DNA from: Eledone cirrhosa
Lineage: Eukaryota
DNA length: 64,000 bases
Direction: 5' to 3'
Assembly: GCA_964016885.1 (NCBI GenBank)
Contig: OZ024753.1
Location: forward strand, 27,404,001 to 27,468,000
The position numbers and the translations under genes are program-made. Each line of letters starts with the position of its first letter. The first letter of the stretch is position 1. Below are positions 1 through 14,395 of this stretch, piece after piece. The notes beneath the pieces are model-generated. The model saw only the letters and a list, made by a program, of their open reading frames with translations. It did not search any database and was not told where the DNA came from.

Positions 1-114
1 CTCAACCAATTCTAGGGGCTTCCCGTCTACATGAGTGATCCCCTCTGGCTTCTCAACATTCTCTAACAGATATTTTGTTTTATATATTATATTATATATA
101 TATATTATATTATG

Positions 115-181
<67 letters not shown>

Positions 182-222
182 TATATAATATATATAAATA
201 TATATATATATATGTATATAAT

Positions 223-254
<32 letters not shown>

Positions 255-402
255 ATATATATAATATATATATATAATATATATATATAATATATATATA
301 TAATATATATATATATATATAATATATATATATATACAATATATATATATATATAATATATATATAATATATATATATATAATATATATATATATTATAT
401 AT

Positions 403-447
<45 letters not shown>

Positions 448-540
448 TATATATAATATATATATATATATAATATATATATATATATATAATATATGTA
501 TATATATATATTATATATATAATATATATATATATATAAT

Positions 541-593
<53 letters not shown>

Positions 594-629
594 TATATAT
601 ATATAATATATATATATATATATTTTTTT

Positions 630-1185
630 TCTATTCTAAGGCGGGTAAAATCTCCGAGATCCATGGACGTGTTCTCTCCAGCGGTCTCTGTCCCTCATTA
701 TCGCTGCCATATCCTGCGTCTCCAATAGACCAGTGTCTGTCCTTAGGGCATCAACATACGTTAACCTTGGTCTTCCTCTTTTAGAGTGTCCATGTAGGGG
801 CTCCCAAAGGAGCACTGAGTGCAATGTCAACTCTGGATGTCGGTGAGCATGTCCAGCCAACCTCATACAGCAGCATTCTCGTGCAGCACCCATCCACCAT
901 CTGAGAGAGTTTCTTGGTCAGTGTCCAAGTCTCAGAACCATACAGCAGCACAGACTCCACTACAACAATGAAGAGGCGGATTTTCAAGTCTCTACGAAGG
1001 TCCGACTTCCACAGCGATCTCAAGCTGTGGCACGCCGCCCAGGCCTTGCTCTTCCTCTCAACCACATCATCTTCCGTATTCCCAATCTTTGCTCCCAAAT
1101 ACAGGAAGTCCTCAACCAATTCTAGGGGCTTCCCGTCTACATGAGTGATCCCCTCTGGCTTCTCAACATTCTCTACCAGATATTT
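630..1185 (-). pseudogene. RTE-clade non-LTR retrotransposon RT C-terminal fragment with an internal deletion
   Basis: Peptides VEDFLYLG, ESVLLYGSETWTLTK, RLAGHAHRHPE, LLWEP..RGRPRLTYVD..DTG..MRDRDRWR. The segment seen intact at 3780-3900 is missing here. Confidence 0.8.
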
Positions 1186-1226
1186 TGTTTTATATATTAT
1201 ATTATATATATATATATTATATTATG

Positions 1227-1306
<80 letters not shown>

Positions 1307-1358
1307 ATATATATATATATAATATATATAAATATATATATATATATGTATATAATAT

Positions 1359-1390
<32 letters not shown>

Positions 1391-1494
1391 ATATATATAA
1401 TATATATATATATATAATATATATATATAATATATATATATAATATATATATATATATATAATATATATATATATACAATATATATATATATAT

Positions 1495-1527
<33 letters not shown>

Positions 1528-1550
1528 ATATATATATATATTATATATAT

Positions 1551-1595
<45 letters not shown>

Positions 1596-1607
1596 TATAT
1601 ATAATAT

Positions 1608-1639
<32 letters not shown>

Positions 1640-1684
1640 ATATATGTATATATATATATAATATATATAATATATATATATAAT

Positions 1685-1729
<45 letters not shown>

Positions 1730-1763
1730 TATATATATAATATATATATATATATTTTTTTTT

Positions 1764-2320
1764 TCTATTCTAAGGCGGGTAAAATCTCCGAGATCCATGG
1801 ACGTGTTCTCTCCAGCGGTCTCTGTCCCTCATTATCGCTGCCATGTCCTGCGTCTCCAATAGACCAGTGTCTGTCCTTAGGGCATCAACATACGTTAACC
1901 TTGGTCTTCCTCTTTTAGTGTGTCCATGTAGGGGCTCCCAAAGGAGCACTGAGTGCAATGTCAACTCTGGATGTCGGTGAGCATGTCCAGGCAACCTCAT
2001 AGAGCAGCATTCTCGTGCAGCACCCATCCACCATCTGAGAGAGTTTCTTGGTCAGTGTCCAAGTCTCAGAACCATACAGCAGCACAGACTCCACTACAAC
2101 AATGAAGAGGCGGATTTTCAAGTCTCTACGAAGGTCCGACTTCCACAGCGATCTCAAGCTGTGGCACGCCGCCCAGGCCTTGCTCTTCCTCTCAACCACA
2201 TCATCTTCCGTATTCCCAATCTTTGCTCCCAAATACAGGAAGTCCTCAACCAATTCTAGGGGCTTCCCGTCTACATGAGTGATCCCCTCTGGCTTCTCAA
2301 CATTCTCTACCAGATATTTT
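1764..2320 (-). pseudogene. RTE-clade LINE 3' fragment, copy 2
   Basis: Near-identical to 630-1185. Confidence 0.8.
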
Positions 2321-2360
2321 GTTTTATATATTATATTATATATATATATATTATATTATG

Positions 2361-2420
<60 letters not shown>

Positions 2421-2486
2421 CATATATATATATATAATATATATATATAATATATATAAATATATATATATATATGTATATAATAT

Positions 2487-2518
<32 letters not shown>

Positions 2519-2622
2519 ATATATATAATATATATATATATATAATATATATATATAATATATATATATAATATATATATATATATATAATATATATATA
2601 TATACAATATATATATATATAT

Positions 2623-2655
<33 letters not shown>

Positions 2656-2678
2656 ATATATATATATATTATATATAT

Positions 2679-2721
<43 letters not shown>

Positions 2722-2812
2722 TATATATCATATATATATATATAATATATACATATATATATATAATATATGTATATATATATTATATATATAATATATA
2801 TATATATATAAT

Positions 2813-2859
<47 letters not shown>

Positions 2860-2894
2860 TATATATATAATATATATATATATATATTTTTTTT

Positions 2895-3452
2895 TCTATT
2901 CTAAGGCGGGTAAAATCTCCGAGATCCATGGACGTGTTCTCTCCAGCGGTCTCTGTCCCTCATTATCGCTGCCATGTTCTGCGTCTCCAATAGACCAGTG
3001 TCTGTCCTTAGGGCATCAATATACGTTAACCTTGGTCTTCCTCTTTTAGTGTGTCCATGTAGGGGACTCCCAAAGGAGCACTGAGTGCAATGTCAACTCT
3101 GGATGTCGGTGAGCATGTCCAGCCAACCTCATACAGCAGCATTCTCGTGCAGCACCCATCCACCATCTGAGAGAGTTTTTTGGTCAGTGTCCAAGTCTCA
3201 GAACCATACAGCAGCACAGACTCCACTACAACAATGAAGAGGCGGATTTTCAAGTCTCTACGAAGGTCCGACTTCCACAGCGATCTCAAGCTGTGGCACG
3301 CCGCCCAGGCCTTGCCCTTCCTCTCAACCACATCATCTTCCGTATTCCCTATCTTTGCTCCCAAATACAGGAAGCCCTCAACCAATTCTAGCGGCTTCCC
3401 GCCTACTTTAGTGATCCTCTGGCTTTTCAACATTCTCTACCAGATATTTTGT
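2895..3452 (-). pseudogene. RTE-clade LINE 3' fragment, copy 3 (more diverged)
   Basis: ORF 3026-3433 carries the same motifs. Confidence 0.8.
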
Positions 3453-3617
3453 TTTATATATTATATTATATATATATATATATACAGTAATAATAATAAA
3501 TAAGCAGCGATACTTTGCTTAAACTTTAATCTGTTATTTTAATAAATATATATATATATATATAATATATATATATATAATATATATATAATATAATATA
3601 TATATATCTCTCTCTCT

Positions 3618-4043
<426 letters not shown>

Positions 4044-4144
4044 ATATAATATATATATAATATATATATATATAATATATATATATAATATATATATATA
4101 TATATAATATATATATAATATATATATATATATAATTTATATAT

Positions 4145-4176
<32 letters not shown>

Positions 4177-4202
4177 ATATTATATATATATATAATATAT
4201 AT

Positions 4203-4300
4203 TTATTAAAATAACAGATTAAAGTTTAAGCAAAGAATCGCTGCTTTCATCCTTAACGGGATCTTCTGAAACTAACGAAGTCAATCTGTAAACGCAGAAC
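4203..4300 (-). mobile_element. 3' terminal (HHR) fragment of Naiad-like family A
   Basis: Matches 4856-4955. Confidence 0.75.
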
Positions 4301-4354
4301 CGTTACTTTTGGAAGACATCAGGATAGTCCTGATGTCTTCCAAAAGTAACGGTT
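4298..4354. repeat. Perfect 27-bp inverted repeat with a 3-nt loop at an element junction
   Basis: aaccgttacttttggaagacatcagga-tag-tcctgatgtcttccaaaagtaacggtt. Confidence 0.95.
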
Positions 4355-4404
4355 GCATTTTGAAAGGGTACGTCAATGTTTATTTATAAAACTGGTATAT
4401 ATTG

Positions 4405-4469
4405 TATTTTGTCTGATGAAGGCATACCACAATTTAACTTGGTATCCTGGAAATATGTATAATGAAATA
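4405..4469 (+). ncRNA. Type I hammerhead ribozyme in a pLTR fragment related to family H
   Basis: TATTTTGT-CTGATGA-AGGCATACCA..TGGTATCCTG-GAAA-TATGTAT-A-ATGAAATA. Homologous to 59067-59132. Confidence 0.65.
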
Positions 4470-4533
4470 AATATGGTTTTATAAATATAGTTTCCATTTG
4501 TTAATATCGTATGTATATATATATATATATATA

Positions 4534-4628
<95 letters not shown>

Positions 4629-4633
4629 TAATA

Positions 4634-4715
<82 letters not shown>

Positions 4716-4722
4716 TATAAAT

Positions 4723-4771
<49 letters not shown>

Positions 4772-4868
4772 ATAATAGTAAAATTGAAGACTAAAATCCA
4801 AAGAGGGCTCGATAAGGAAAATATATATCAAATATATAAGAACCGTAGAGCAAATATTTATTAAAATA

Positions 4869-4944
4869 ACAGATTAAAGTTTAAGCAAAGAATCGCTGCT
4901 TTCACCCTTAACGGGATCTTCTGAAACAAACAAAGTCAATCTGT
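4869..4944 (-). ncRNA. Type I HHR with U4A core (CAGAAGA), family A 3' end
   Basis: Read in the plus copy at 15977-16050: AGTTT-CAGAAGA-T-CCC gttaa GGG-T-GAAA-GCA gcgattctt TGC-T-T-AAACT, with a distal pairing CAGATT/AATCTG. Confidence 0.65.
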
Positions 4945-5770
4945 AAACGCAGAACTGGATATTTCAAAAAACGTTGCAACCGGAGGAAGACAGGAAGACG
5001 ATACGTTGGTTCGTCGTAACGTTCACTGGCAAAGAACGGGAAAAAACGAATAATACGTCATTAATAGGAGCGGTGAAAAACAATTACGCGCAAAGACAGA
5101 ACCACGTTTATGGTATAAAAGAGGTCGTAGACTAATGTTCTCTTAGGTGGTGCATAGAGACGTTCTCTGGCAATGAACGAAAAAACGAAGTTAATAAGTC
5201 ATATGTGGAGCGTGGAGAACAATAGCACGCAAAGACAAAATCACGTAAATGGTAAGCAGAAGTCGTAGACTAAAATTCTAACTAGGAGACCAAATGAATC
5301 TCCGCTACAGAGTTAAGAACAAAGTAAATAAATACAATACAGAAGTAATAGGAACAACTAAATACATACACGCAAACAGATACGTACATACACAAGCATA
5401 CGCAAAACCTTACCATAGGTATACAAAACCACGCACATATAAATATGTGTGTGCGTGTATGCTTGTGTACAAATAAATAAATAATTATATAAACGTATAT
5501 GAGTAAATAAATACGTGTATAACAAGCGCACACGCATACCTACATATAAATACACGAATGTTCGGAGACGTAAGTCAACTAAAACAAGAAGTACACATAT
5601 ACACACATCCACCATACGTACGAACCTGCATACTCACGCAGACGCAAAACTCCCGTATACACATAGCCAAACCCTAAATACCAGAATATGTAAAAATTAT
5701 ACGCCATAACAGTCAAATATACGTACGAGAAGGTATACATACCTTCACAAAACATACGGGTAATATATAC

Positions 5771-7306
5771 TTACCTATGCAAATAAGGAAAGGAATAAAC
5801 AAACATATACTTAGCTCCCACATCAAGACGTAAAATATCCACGTATAGATCGTGCTGTCCGTTAAGGTATAACGTGGGGCTGTAATACAGGAAAGTTTTG
5901 TGCAATTTATGTTTACAAGCCGAAATTGCCTCAGATTTTTTGGTCTGTGGCGTAGAGTATTTCCAGGGCCTCAGCGGCGCAGAGGTCACATGGTCTTTTA
6001 TTTTCGTTATACGATCTAGCCCTAGCTAGGATCTCCCAGTGTAACTTATATTGGGTGTGGTTGTCTTTTAGACTCCAGATATAAGCTGAAAGTGACGTCA
6101 TATTCCTTCTTAGAGGGTAACGAAAAGAATGCGTATGCATGTAAAGACGCTGCTTGAAACTATTGGCGGTTAACCCTATGTAGGCCCTACATAGGGTTAC
6201 AACCTTACATTTGTAGACAATGTTACTAGAGAGGCATTTCCCGGATAGGGGCAATCAGCCCGATTCCTACAATTACAGTTAATACTAACTACAGGGTTGC
6301 ACGTGTTCCTACAGCTAGGTAGTTTAGATAAATTTGAAGCTGTGATGTTATGTGCAAGGTTAGGTGTCGTAGAGTAAGAAATTTTAATAGTATTTCTATT
6401 AAAAACTTTACTATATTTATGTGTAGGGGCAAAATACTTCGTAATAAGGGAAAGAAAGATCTTAGCTAATGGTGTGGCCACCTCCATAATATATGGTGGG
6501 TTAAACCAACAAATGCGACGGGATCTATTTCTTCTAGGTCTATTTTCGTACTCTGTATATGCTACCTTATCGACAAATCCACTTCGAGCAAGAGCTTCAT
6601 TGTAATAAGTGGAATGGTCGTTGAAAATGCGCTCGTTGGTGGAAAGACGGGAAAGCCTCAACGAAACGTTTCATACCAGGTTCTTGGTTGTGCTGGCAGG
6701 ATGGTTGGAATGCTTACTTATGTAATTAAGTGTATCATTCGGCTTTCTATACGGGTAATACAACCCATTCAATAAATTGAGGGTAACGTCGAGGTAATTA
6801 AAAACCGAGAGATTGGCCTCAACCTGTATAGAGAGGTTGAAGCCTTTAAAGAAGGCTGTGAGTTCTTTTCTGAACCTGTCGCAAGCACGAGGTCCGCACT
6901 TACTCATGGTCAAAAGACCATCGTCACGGTACAAACCACCGCCCGCGTTGGGGAATTCGTCCTTGATAGAGAAAAGAAGGAAAAGGCCAATAAGATCAGT
7001 AACCTCCGCAGAGTCACTGGGGCCCATACTCACGTAGAATGGGGTACTATTGGATTTTTTAATCCAAATAGAGTCGTCGAAATTAATCACCGACTTTCGG
7101 GCATTAAGGATGACATCAACTTCGAAATCCTTAACCACTGTGAGTGTTTTAGCGAAATTGATAGCTCTAAGGAGAAGTGGTAAAGTGATGGAGGAGTAGT
7201 AATTGTTGATGTCGAATTGGATAAAACGGCAATGTTCCTTGTTACATATGCCTTTGAACCAATCAATCACCGCGAAAGAATTGTTCCACAGTGCCAGAGG
7301 GGCCAA
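5771..7306 (-). pseudogene. Disrupted RT plus GIY-YIG endonuclease ORF of family A
   Basis: ORF pieces 6671-7306, 6197-6661, 5931-6254 and 5771-5989 are joined by one TGA and two frameshifts. Confidence 0.9.
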
Positions 7307-7313
7307 ACTTCTA

Positions 7314-7415
<102 letters not shown>

Positions 7416-7418
7416 ATA

Positions 7419-8385
<967 letters not shown>

Positions 8386-8852
8386 TATAATATATATATA
8401 ATATATATAATATATATATATATATATATAATATATATATATATATATAATATATATATTGGTAAACGGAATAGAATATGCTGACAAATTGTTCACAGTT
8501 GAAAAATGGTTTAATTAGGAATAAAAGAGTATTACTGATTGTATGGGTTAGTATTCAGTTGTGGTTTTAAATTTTTAAGTGTTTACCGGTTGCGCATTTC
8601 TAAATGCTTTTCAAAAATAATTTTGAGATACAGTGTCTGTGTTGTTTGCTCTGATCTGATTAGTTTTGGGAATTCTACCTGTTTTTATGTTAAAAAAGTG
8701 GCTCCAGCGTTACTTTGGTGTTCCAAAAATTCTTGTGGTCAAAAGAATTTTGATTGGTCGGTAGAGGTCATGTGAATGTAAAAAATTGATTTTGCGCCAA
8801 GACTGTTTTTATGTTAAAAAAGTGGCTCCAGCGCTATTTTCTGTTTGCAAAA

Positions 8853-10022
8853 CAGCCCCCACTTATGCCAACCTAGTCATGGGATACCTGGAAATCACCC
8901 TCTACACTAAAGTCCTAAACAAATTTGGAAACACCCTCCACTTACACATTGAAAGGAACTGGAAGCGATATCTAGATGACTGCTTCATCCTTTGGCACGA
9001 AAACATCGAAAAACTTAAAGAATTTCACACCCTTATAAATGGGCTCAACACGAATATTAACTTCACGATGGAATACAGCCATCAACAACTCCCCTTCCTC
9101 GACATCCTCATTAAGATCCATAACAAAAAAATAGAAACAGACATATACTACAAGCCCACAGACTCCAAGCAATATCTCCCCTTCAACTCTTGCCACCATA
9201 GACACGTTAAAATTTATATTCCCTACAACTTAGCCAAGAGAATCTGTCTCCAATAAAAACATCTGCTACTTACGGCTACAAGAAGTAAAGGACACACTCA
9301 TAGGCAGGGACTACCCTGCATCACTAATTGACAATGGAATCCAACGTGCCCTAAAACTCAGTACCCAGGACCTTAGACACCCTAAAGTAAATCAACCAAA
9401 ACTAAAAGCTCTTCCATACATCTCCACACACAACCCTCTCAACAATGAGGCCTTTGACACCATCCTCCAGAACATCCCTGTGTTGAAAAAGGACCATAGA
9501 ATGAACCAAATTCTACGAACACACGATATCATAAAGAGCAAAAGACAATCCAAGTCAATGAAAAACATCCTAACACATGCCAAAGTACTGCCAACCACAA
9601 CAACGAAACCCACAGTAAAAAAATGCGATAGACCCAACTGTGCCATTTGCATCAACCTAATAGAGGGTTCGGAATTCTATTTCAAAGATGGACAACGTTT
9701 TATAGTAAAACACAATTTCACATGTGCATCGGAAAATCTAATATATGTATTAACTTGCTCAGGTTGTCGAGAACAATACATAGGCCAGACCAAAAACAGC
9801 CTCCGCCAACGCATGACTGTCCATAGATCCCATATTAAAATACGGGAATACATGAAAATACCACTGAGTGAACACATTGATACCTGTGCCGCCCAAAATC
9901 ATCCCAACTTCAGAATCTTTCCCCTCTACAAATTTAAAGATAATGCCACCCACACCCAGCGCATCAGCAAGGAAACCTACTTCATTAACAAATACGGACC
10001 CCGTCTAAACACTTCTCCCTAA
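8853..10022 (+). pseudogene. Neptune-like RT (palm/thumb) plus GIY-YIG, frameshifted near 9247
   Basis: ORFs 8786-9256 and 9480-10022 match the uninterrupted copy at 17812-18849. Confidence 0.85.
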
Positions 10023-10152
10023 GACGAACCCACAACATACACACGTCAACATACATACCTACATCAGTACACATCTCCACCCCCATATAAACACAATGAC
10101 ATACGTAAACACACATGCTCTATGGTGCAACACAGAAAAATATATGTGTATA

Positions 10153-10265
<113 letters not shown>

Positions 10266-10416
10266 ATATATGTATGTGTATATATATGTAGTGAATATCA
10301 TTTCACACCTTTTACTGTTAAGATTTTTGATGTTCTATTAAGAGAACCGATTTTACTGAAAAAATCGAATAATGTACACCATTTTACCAGGGGTAAAAAA
10401 AATACCGGTCCACCCC

Positions 10417-10448
<32 letters not shown>

Positions 10449-10619
10449 CACACACATACACACGCGTACATTAACATACAAAGAGACTTATACACACACA
10501 CACACGCACTTCTCCGTATAAGACAAAAGTTGAAAAATATCTTTTGACATGCTAAAATACCCCCCATTGCTTTCAGACACATTCTTACTGACCATCCCTG
10601 CTACCACGAATTACTCTGC

Positions 10620-10707
<88 letters not shown>

Positions 10708-11124
10708 CTTATCTTAATAGCCATTTGACACACATCCCTGCTAACCATTATCACAACATCGAACACCTTACTACTACTACACACACACACATATTTGTTG
10801 TGAAAGAGTCATTTCTCAATCTTAGCGCAAAACCAATTTTTTATTCACATGACCTCTACCGACCAATCAAAATTGTTTTGACCACAAGAATTTTTGCAAA
10901 CAGAAAATAGCGCTGGAGCCACTTTTTTAACATAAAAACAGTCTTGGCGCAAAATCAATTTTTTACATCCACATGACCTCTACCGACCAATCAAAATTGT
11001 TTTGACCACAAAAATGTTTGCAACACCAAAGTAACGCTGGAGCCACTTTTTTAACATAAAAACAGGTAGAATTCCCAAAACTAATCAGATCAGAGCAAAC
11101 AACACGGACACTCTATCTCAAAAT

Positions 11125-11165
11125 TATTTTTGAAAAGCATTTAGAAATGCGCAACCGGTAAAAAC
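11125..11165 (+). ncRNA. HHR-like motif with TTGAAAA core and GCAA in place of GAAA (Neptune pLTR)
   Basis: TTT-TTGAAAA-GCATTT ag AAATGC-GCAA-CCGG-TA-AAA. Copies near 8600(-), 12370(+), 16930(-) and 19690(+). Confidence 0.5.
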
Positions 11166-11322
11166 TTAAAAACTTAAAACCACGACTGAATACTAACCCA
11201 TACAATCAGTAATACTCTTTTATTCCTAATTAAACCATTTTTCAACTGTGAACAATTTGTCAGCATTTTCTATTCCGTTTACCAATATATAATAACTTGT
11301 GTGTTACACCTCTATTCTTTTA

Positions 11323-11366
<44 letters not shown>

Positions 11367-11382
11367 TATATATATATTATAT

Positions 11383-11477
<95 letters not shown>

Positions 11478-11480
<3 letters not shown>

Positions 11481-11830
11481 TAAAAATTACCGAGAATCGA
11501 ATTTCAGCCTATGAAATAACGAAAAAACACTTTCGAATTGTGAGGCAAGCGCTCAATAATTCAAAAGAATTAGAGCTTACAACTTACGTTAAAGGCCAAA
11601 CACACTGAGATGGTGGTTAAACTAATTATCCACACAGCGAAGATTCGATCTCCTATTTCGGGTCAAACAGATATACAGATATAAAAATATATGAAAGCAT
11701 AAATGTTTTATACTCACCGGACCCCTGGAATGATGGTAAAGTCCAGTGTTGGGGTTTCTGCGGCTCCGTAAGTCATTTACTGTCCACTTACATAAAGGAT
11801 GTTAAGTTTCTCGTATCCTGACTGAACCAC
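11478..11830 (-). mobile_element. Diverged 3' fragment of the 616-bp HHR repeat family
   Basis: The reverse complement shares CAGAAACCC..GGGTCCGG, ATCTGTTTGwCCCGAA, TTTAACG..AGCTCT..TGAATTATTGAGC and TCGATwCTCG with the unit at 44341. Confidence 0.7.
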
Positions 11831-11834
11831 AAAG

Positions 11835-11836
11835 AG

Positions 11837-11882
<46 letters not shown>

Positions 11883-12505
11883 ATAAGACAAGAGCTGAAA
11901 AATATCTTTTAACATGTTAAAATATCCCCCACACACTTACTGACACATTCCTACTGACCATCCCTCTACCTCGAATTACTCTGCTACACACACACACACA
12001 CTTGTCTTAATAGGCATTTGAACTGTCAACAGGCTGCGGTTCGCACACACATCCCTGCTGACCATTATCCCAACAATGAACCACTTTACTACTACTACAC
12101 ACACACATATTTGTTTTCATAGACTTATATTTCAGTGACTTCTCAATCAGCCGACACAAACCTACATTTGGCGCAAAATCAATTTTTAACATTCACATGA
12201 CCTCTACCGACCAATCATAATTTTTGCAACACGAATTGGCGCGAAACTTATTTTAATACCACTGGAGCCACTTTCTTCACATAAAAACAGTTAGAATTCC
12301 CAAAACTAATCAGATCAGAGCAAACATCACGGACGCTCTATCTCAAAATTATTTTTGAAAAGCATTAGAAATGCGCAACCGGTAAAACTTAAAACCAAAA
12401 CAGAATACTAACCAATACTATTACTAATTCTCACTTATTCCTAATTAAACTATTTTTTCACTGTGAACAATTTGTCAGCATTTTCTTTTCCATTTACCAA
12501 TATAA
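11835..12505 (+). mobile_element. Diverged Neptune-like 3' UTR/pLTR fragment
   Basis: Homologous to 10480-11287. Confidence 0.75.
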
Positions 12506-12955
12506 TATATATATATATATAATATATAATATATATATATATAATATATATATATATATAATATATATATATAATATATAGGAACCAGTAAGACCCCGAC
12601 AGCTGAGCTCAAGCCGTTTCGACGGCTAATTCTGGACTAAATGAAAATTTATCCTGGTATTTAAATAGCCGATCTTCTCAAGGGGTAATTCCATATATGG
12701 TCAAAGTGATTGTCAAAAATCAGTAGTAATTCTGTGGTTGCAAATTAGTAGGGGAGATGGTGGCTAAACCTGCCAGTAGGAGAAAGAGGGGAGGGGGTGG
12801 AGTAGACCCAATCAAGCGTTGGTAGTGCCAGCTACAGCTGGGCATGAGGTCAAAGAAGATACAGGGGAGGGGGAGGGGGAGGAAATCGGAACGGTAGGTA
12901 GAACAATGGGGGGTAGAAGTATCTAGGAAAGAAAAAATACTGAGAGAGAAGCAAT

Positions 12956-14395
12956 ATGGAGGATAAACGAGAAACTAAATTCATACAGTTCGACATAGAG
13001 AGCTACTATGCTTCAATCACCTTACCGCTACTTACTGCCGCCTTGGACTTCGCCGAAACACTCGTGCCCATCACCGACCAGGAAAGAAAAATCATCCTCC
13101 ACGCCAGGAAGACAGTCTTACTCTTTGACGACTCTAAATGGATAAAAAGAGCTCCCGACTCACCCTTCGACGTCAGCATGGGCGCCACGGATTCGGCGGA
13201 GGTCACTGATCTTATAGGATTATTCCTAATAGCCAAACTCACTGATATGTTTCCTGCATTCGGTGGTGGATTGTACCGTGATGATGGGCTCCTTACCCTT
13301 AAAGGGTACAACCCCAGTAGTACAGATCGGGTCCGGAAACAATTAATCAGATTCTTCCGCGACTGGGGATTTAAAATAACCCTACAAACGTCCCTGACCC
13401 GAGTAAACTTCCTGGACGTGACCCTCGACCTCGAAAACGACCTGTACTACCCATACAGGAAACCTAATGACAATCTGCACTACATCCACCGCCGATCAAA
13501 CCATCCTAGGAACATCACAAACAACCTGGTCAAAAACAACTCCCTCCGCATATCCCGTTTGTCAGCTAATGAGCGGATATTCGATGAACATGCGCCTTAT
13601 TACAACCAGGCCCTCAAGCGGAGCGGTTTCCGGGAGGTAATATCCTACTGTCCAGCTCCCATTAGCGGAACCAGCAGGAGACACCGCCGCTCACGCAATG
13701 TAACATGGTTCAATCCTCCCCACAACGCAGAGGTGACTACTCCCATCGGGAAACTATTCTTTAGGCTCATTGAAAAACACTTCCCATTACAACACCACTA
13801 CCACAACATAATTAACAAAAATACCATCAAACTCTCTTACAGCACTACACCAAACTTCGCACAAAACATCGTCTCCTCTAACAACAAAAAACTCAACCCC
13901 GATGGCAGAAATAACCTAAATAGCAGTGGAGAACCGACCAGGAGGTGTAACTGCCCGGATAGATCTATTTGCCCACTCGACAATAGATGCAGAGACCGTA
14001 ATGTGATCTACCAGTGCAACGTGAGGACGGATACCTCCAACAAAGCCTATATAGGACTTACCGCATGTGACTTCAAGACCCGGCTATACCAACATAGACA
14101 TACCTTCCGAAACCCGGCCCGGCGTCACGCCACTACACTTTCGGGCCACATATGGGACCTCAAGGACAACAACATCACCTATGATCTCACTTGGAGATTA
14201 CTGTCCAGAGCCAATTCTTACACGGGAGGACGCCATCCGTGCAATTTATGCTCGGAGGAAACTTTACAAATGCTGTTTTCGACGGACCAACTCCTAAACA
14301 AGAAAGATGAACTGGTTACTGCATGTAAACATAGATTGCGTAGGACTTACCTCGCCCTCAAACCCCATAATGACCCGGGGGGAGGGGTAGACTAG
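12956..14395 (+). CDS. 5'-truncated RT plus GIY-YIG endonuclease, uninterrupted (479 aa)
   Basis: FIQFDIESYYASI, MGATDSAEVTDLIG, GLYRDD, VNFLDVTL, SNHP, WFNPP, CNCPDRSICPL, VIY..YIG, CNLC, CKH. Confidence 0.9.
   Translation: MEDKRETKFIQFDIESYYASITLPLLTAALDFAETLVPITDQERKIILHARKTVLLFDDSKWIKRAPDSPFDVSMGATDSAEVTDLIGLFLIAKLTDMFPAFGGGLYRDDGLLTLKGYNPSSTDRVRKQLIRFFRDWGFKITLQTSLTRVNFLDVTLDLENDLYYPYRKPNDNLHYIHRRSNHPRNITNNLVKNNSLRISRLSANERIFDEHAPYYNQALKRSGFREVISYCPAPISGTSRRHRRSRNVTWFNPPHNAEVTTPIGKLFFRLIEKHFPLQHHYHNIINKNTIKLSYSTTPNFAQNIVSSNNKKLNPDGRNNLNSSGEPTRRCNCPDRSICPLDNRCRDRNVIYQCNVRTDTSNKAYIGLTACDFKTRLYQHRHTFRNPARRHATTLSGHIWDLKDNNITYDLTWRLLSRANSYTGGRHPCNLCSEETLQMLFSTDQLLNKKDELVTACKHRLRRTYLALKPHNDPGGGVD

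Larger units (their letters stand above)
1..3470 (-). repeat. Tandem amplification (about 1.13 kb unit, 3 copies plus a partial one) of an RTE-clade LINE 3' fragment plus (TA)n
   Basis: The anchor 'ctaaggcgggtaaaatc' recurs at 636, 1770 and 2901 (periods 1134 and 1131). The translated fragments are near-identical in each unit. Confidence 0.9.
4768..7312 (-). mobile_element. Penelope-like element, Naiad-like family A, 5'-truncated, with about 1 kb 3' UTR
   Basis: RT motifs FIQFDINNYYSSI, MGPSDSAEVTDLIG, GLYRDD; thumb SNHP; WFNPP; CNC..CP; IVY..YIG; CDLC; CKH. Both ends abut (TA)n. Confidence 0.9.

Noticed and set aside
6661-6680. In-frame TGA in family A as possible selenocysteine (some Naiads encode selenoproteins)
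   Set aside because: It aligns to K/R in the paralogues, not to Cys. The copy has other lesions, and the intact ORFs contain no in-frame TGA.
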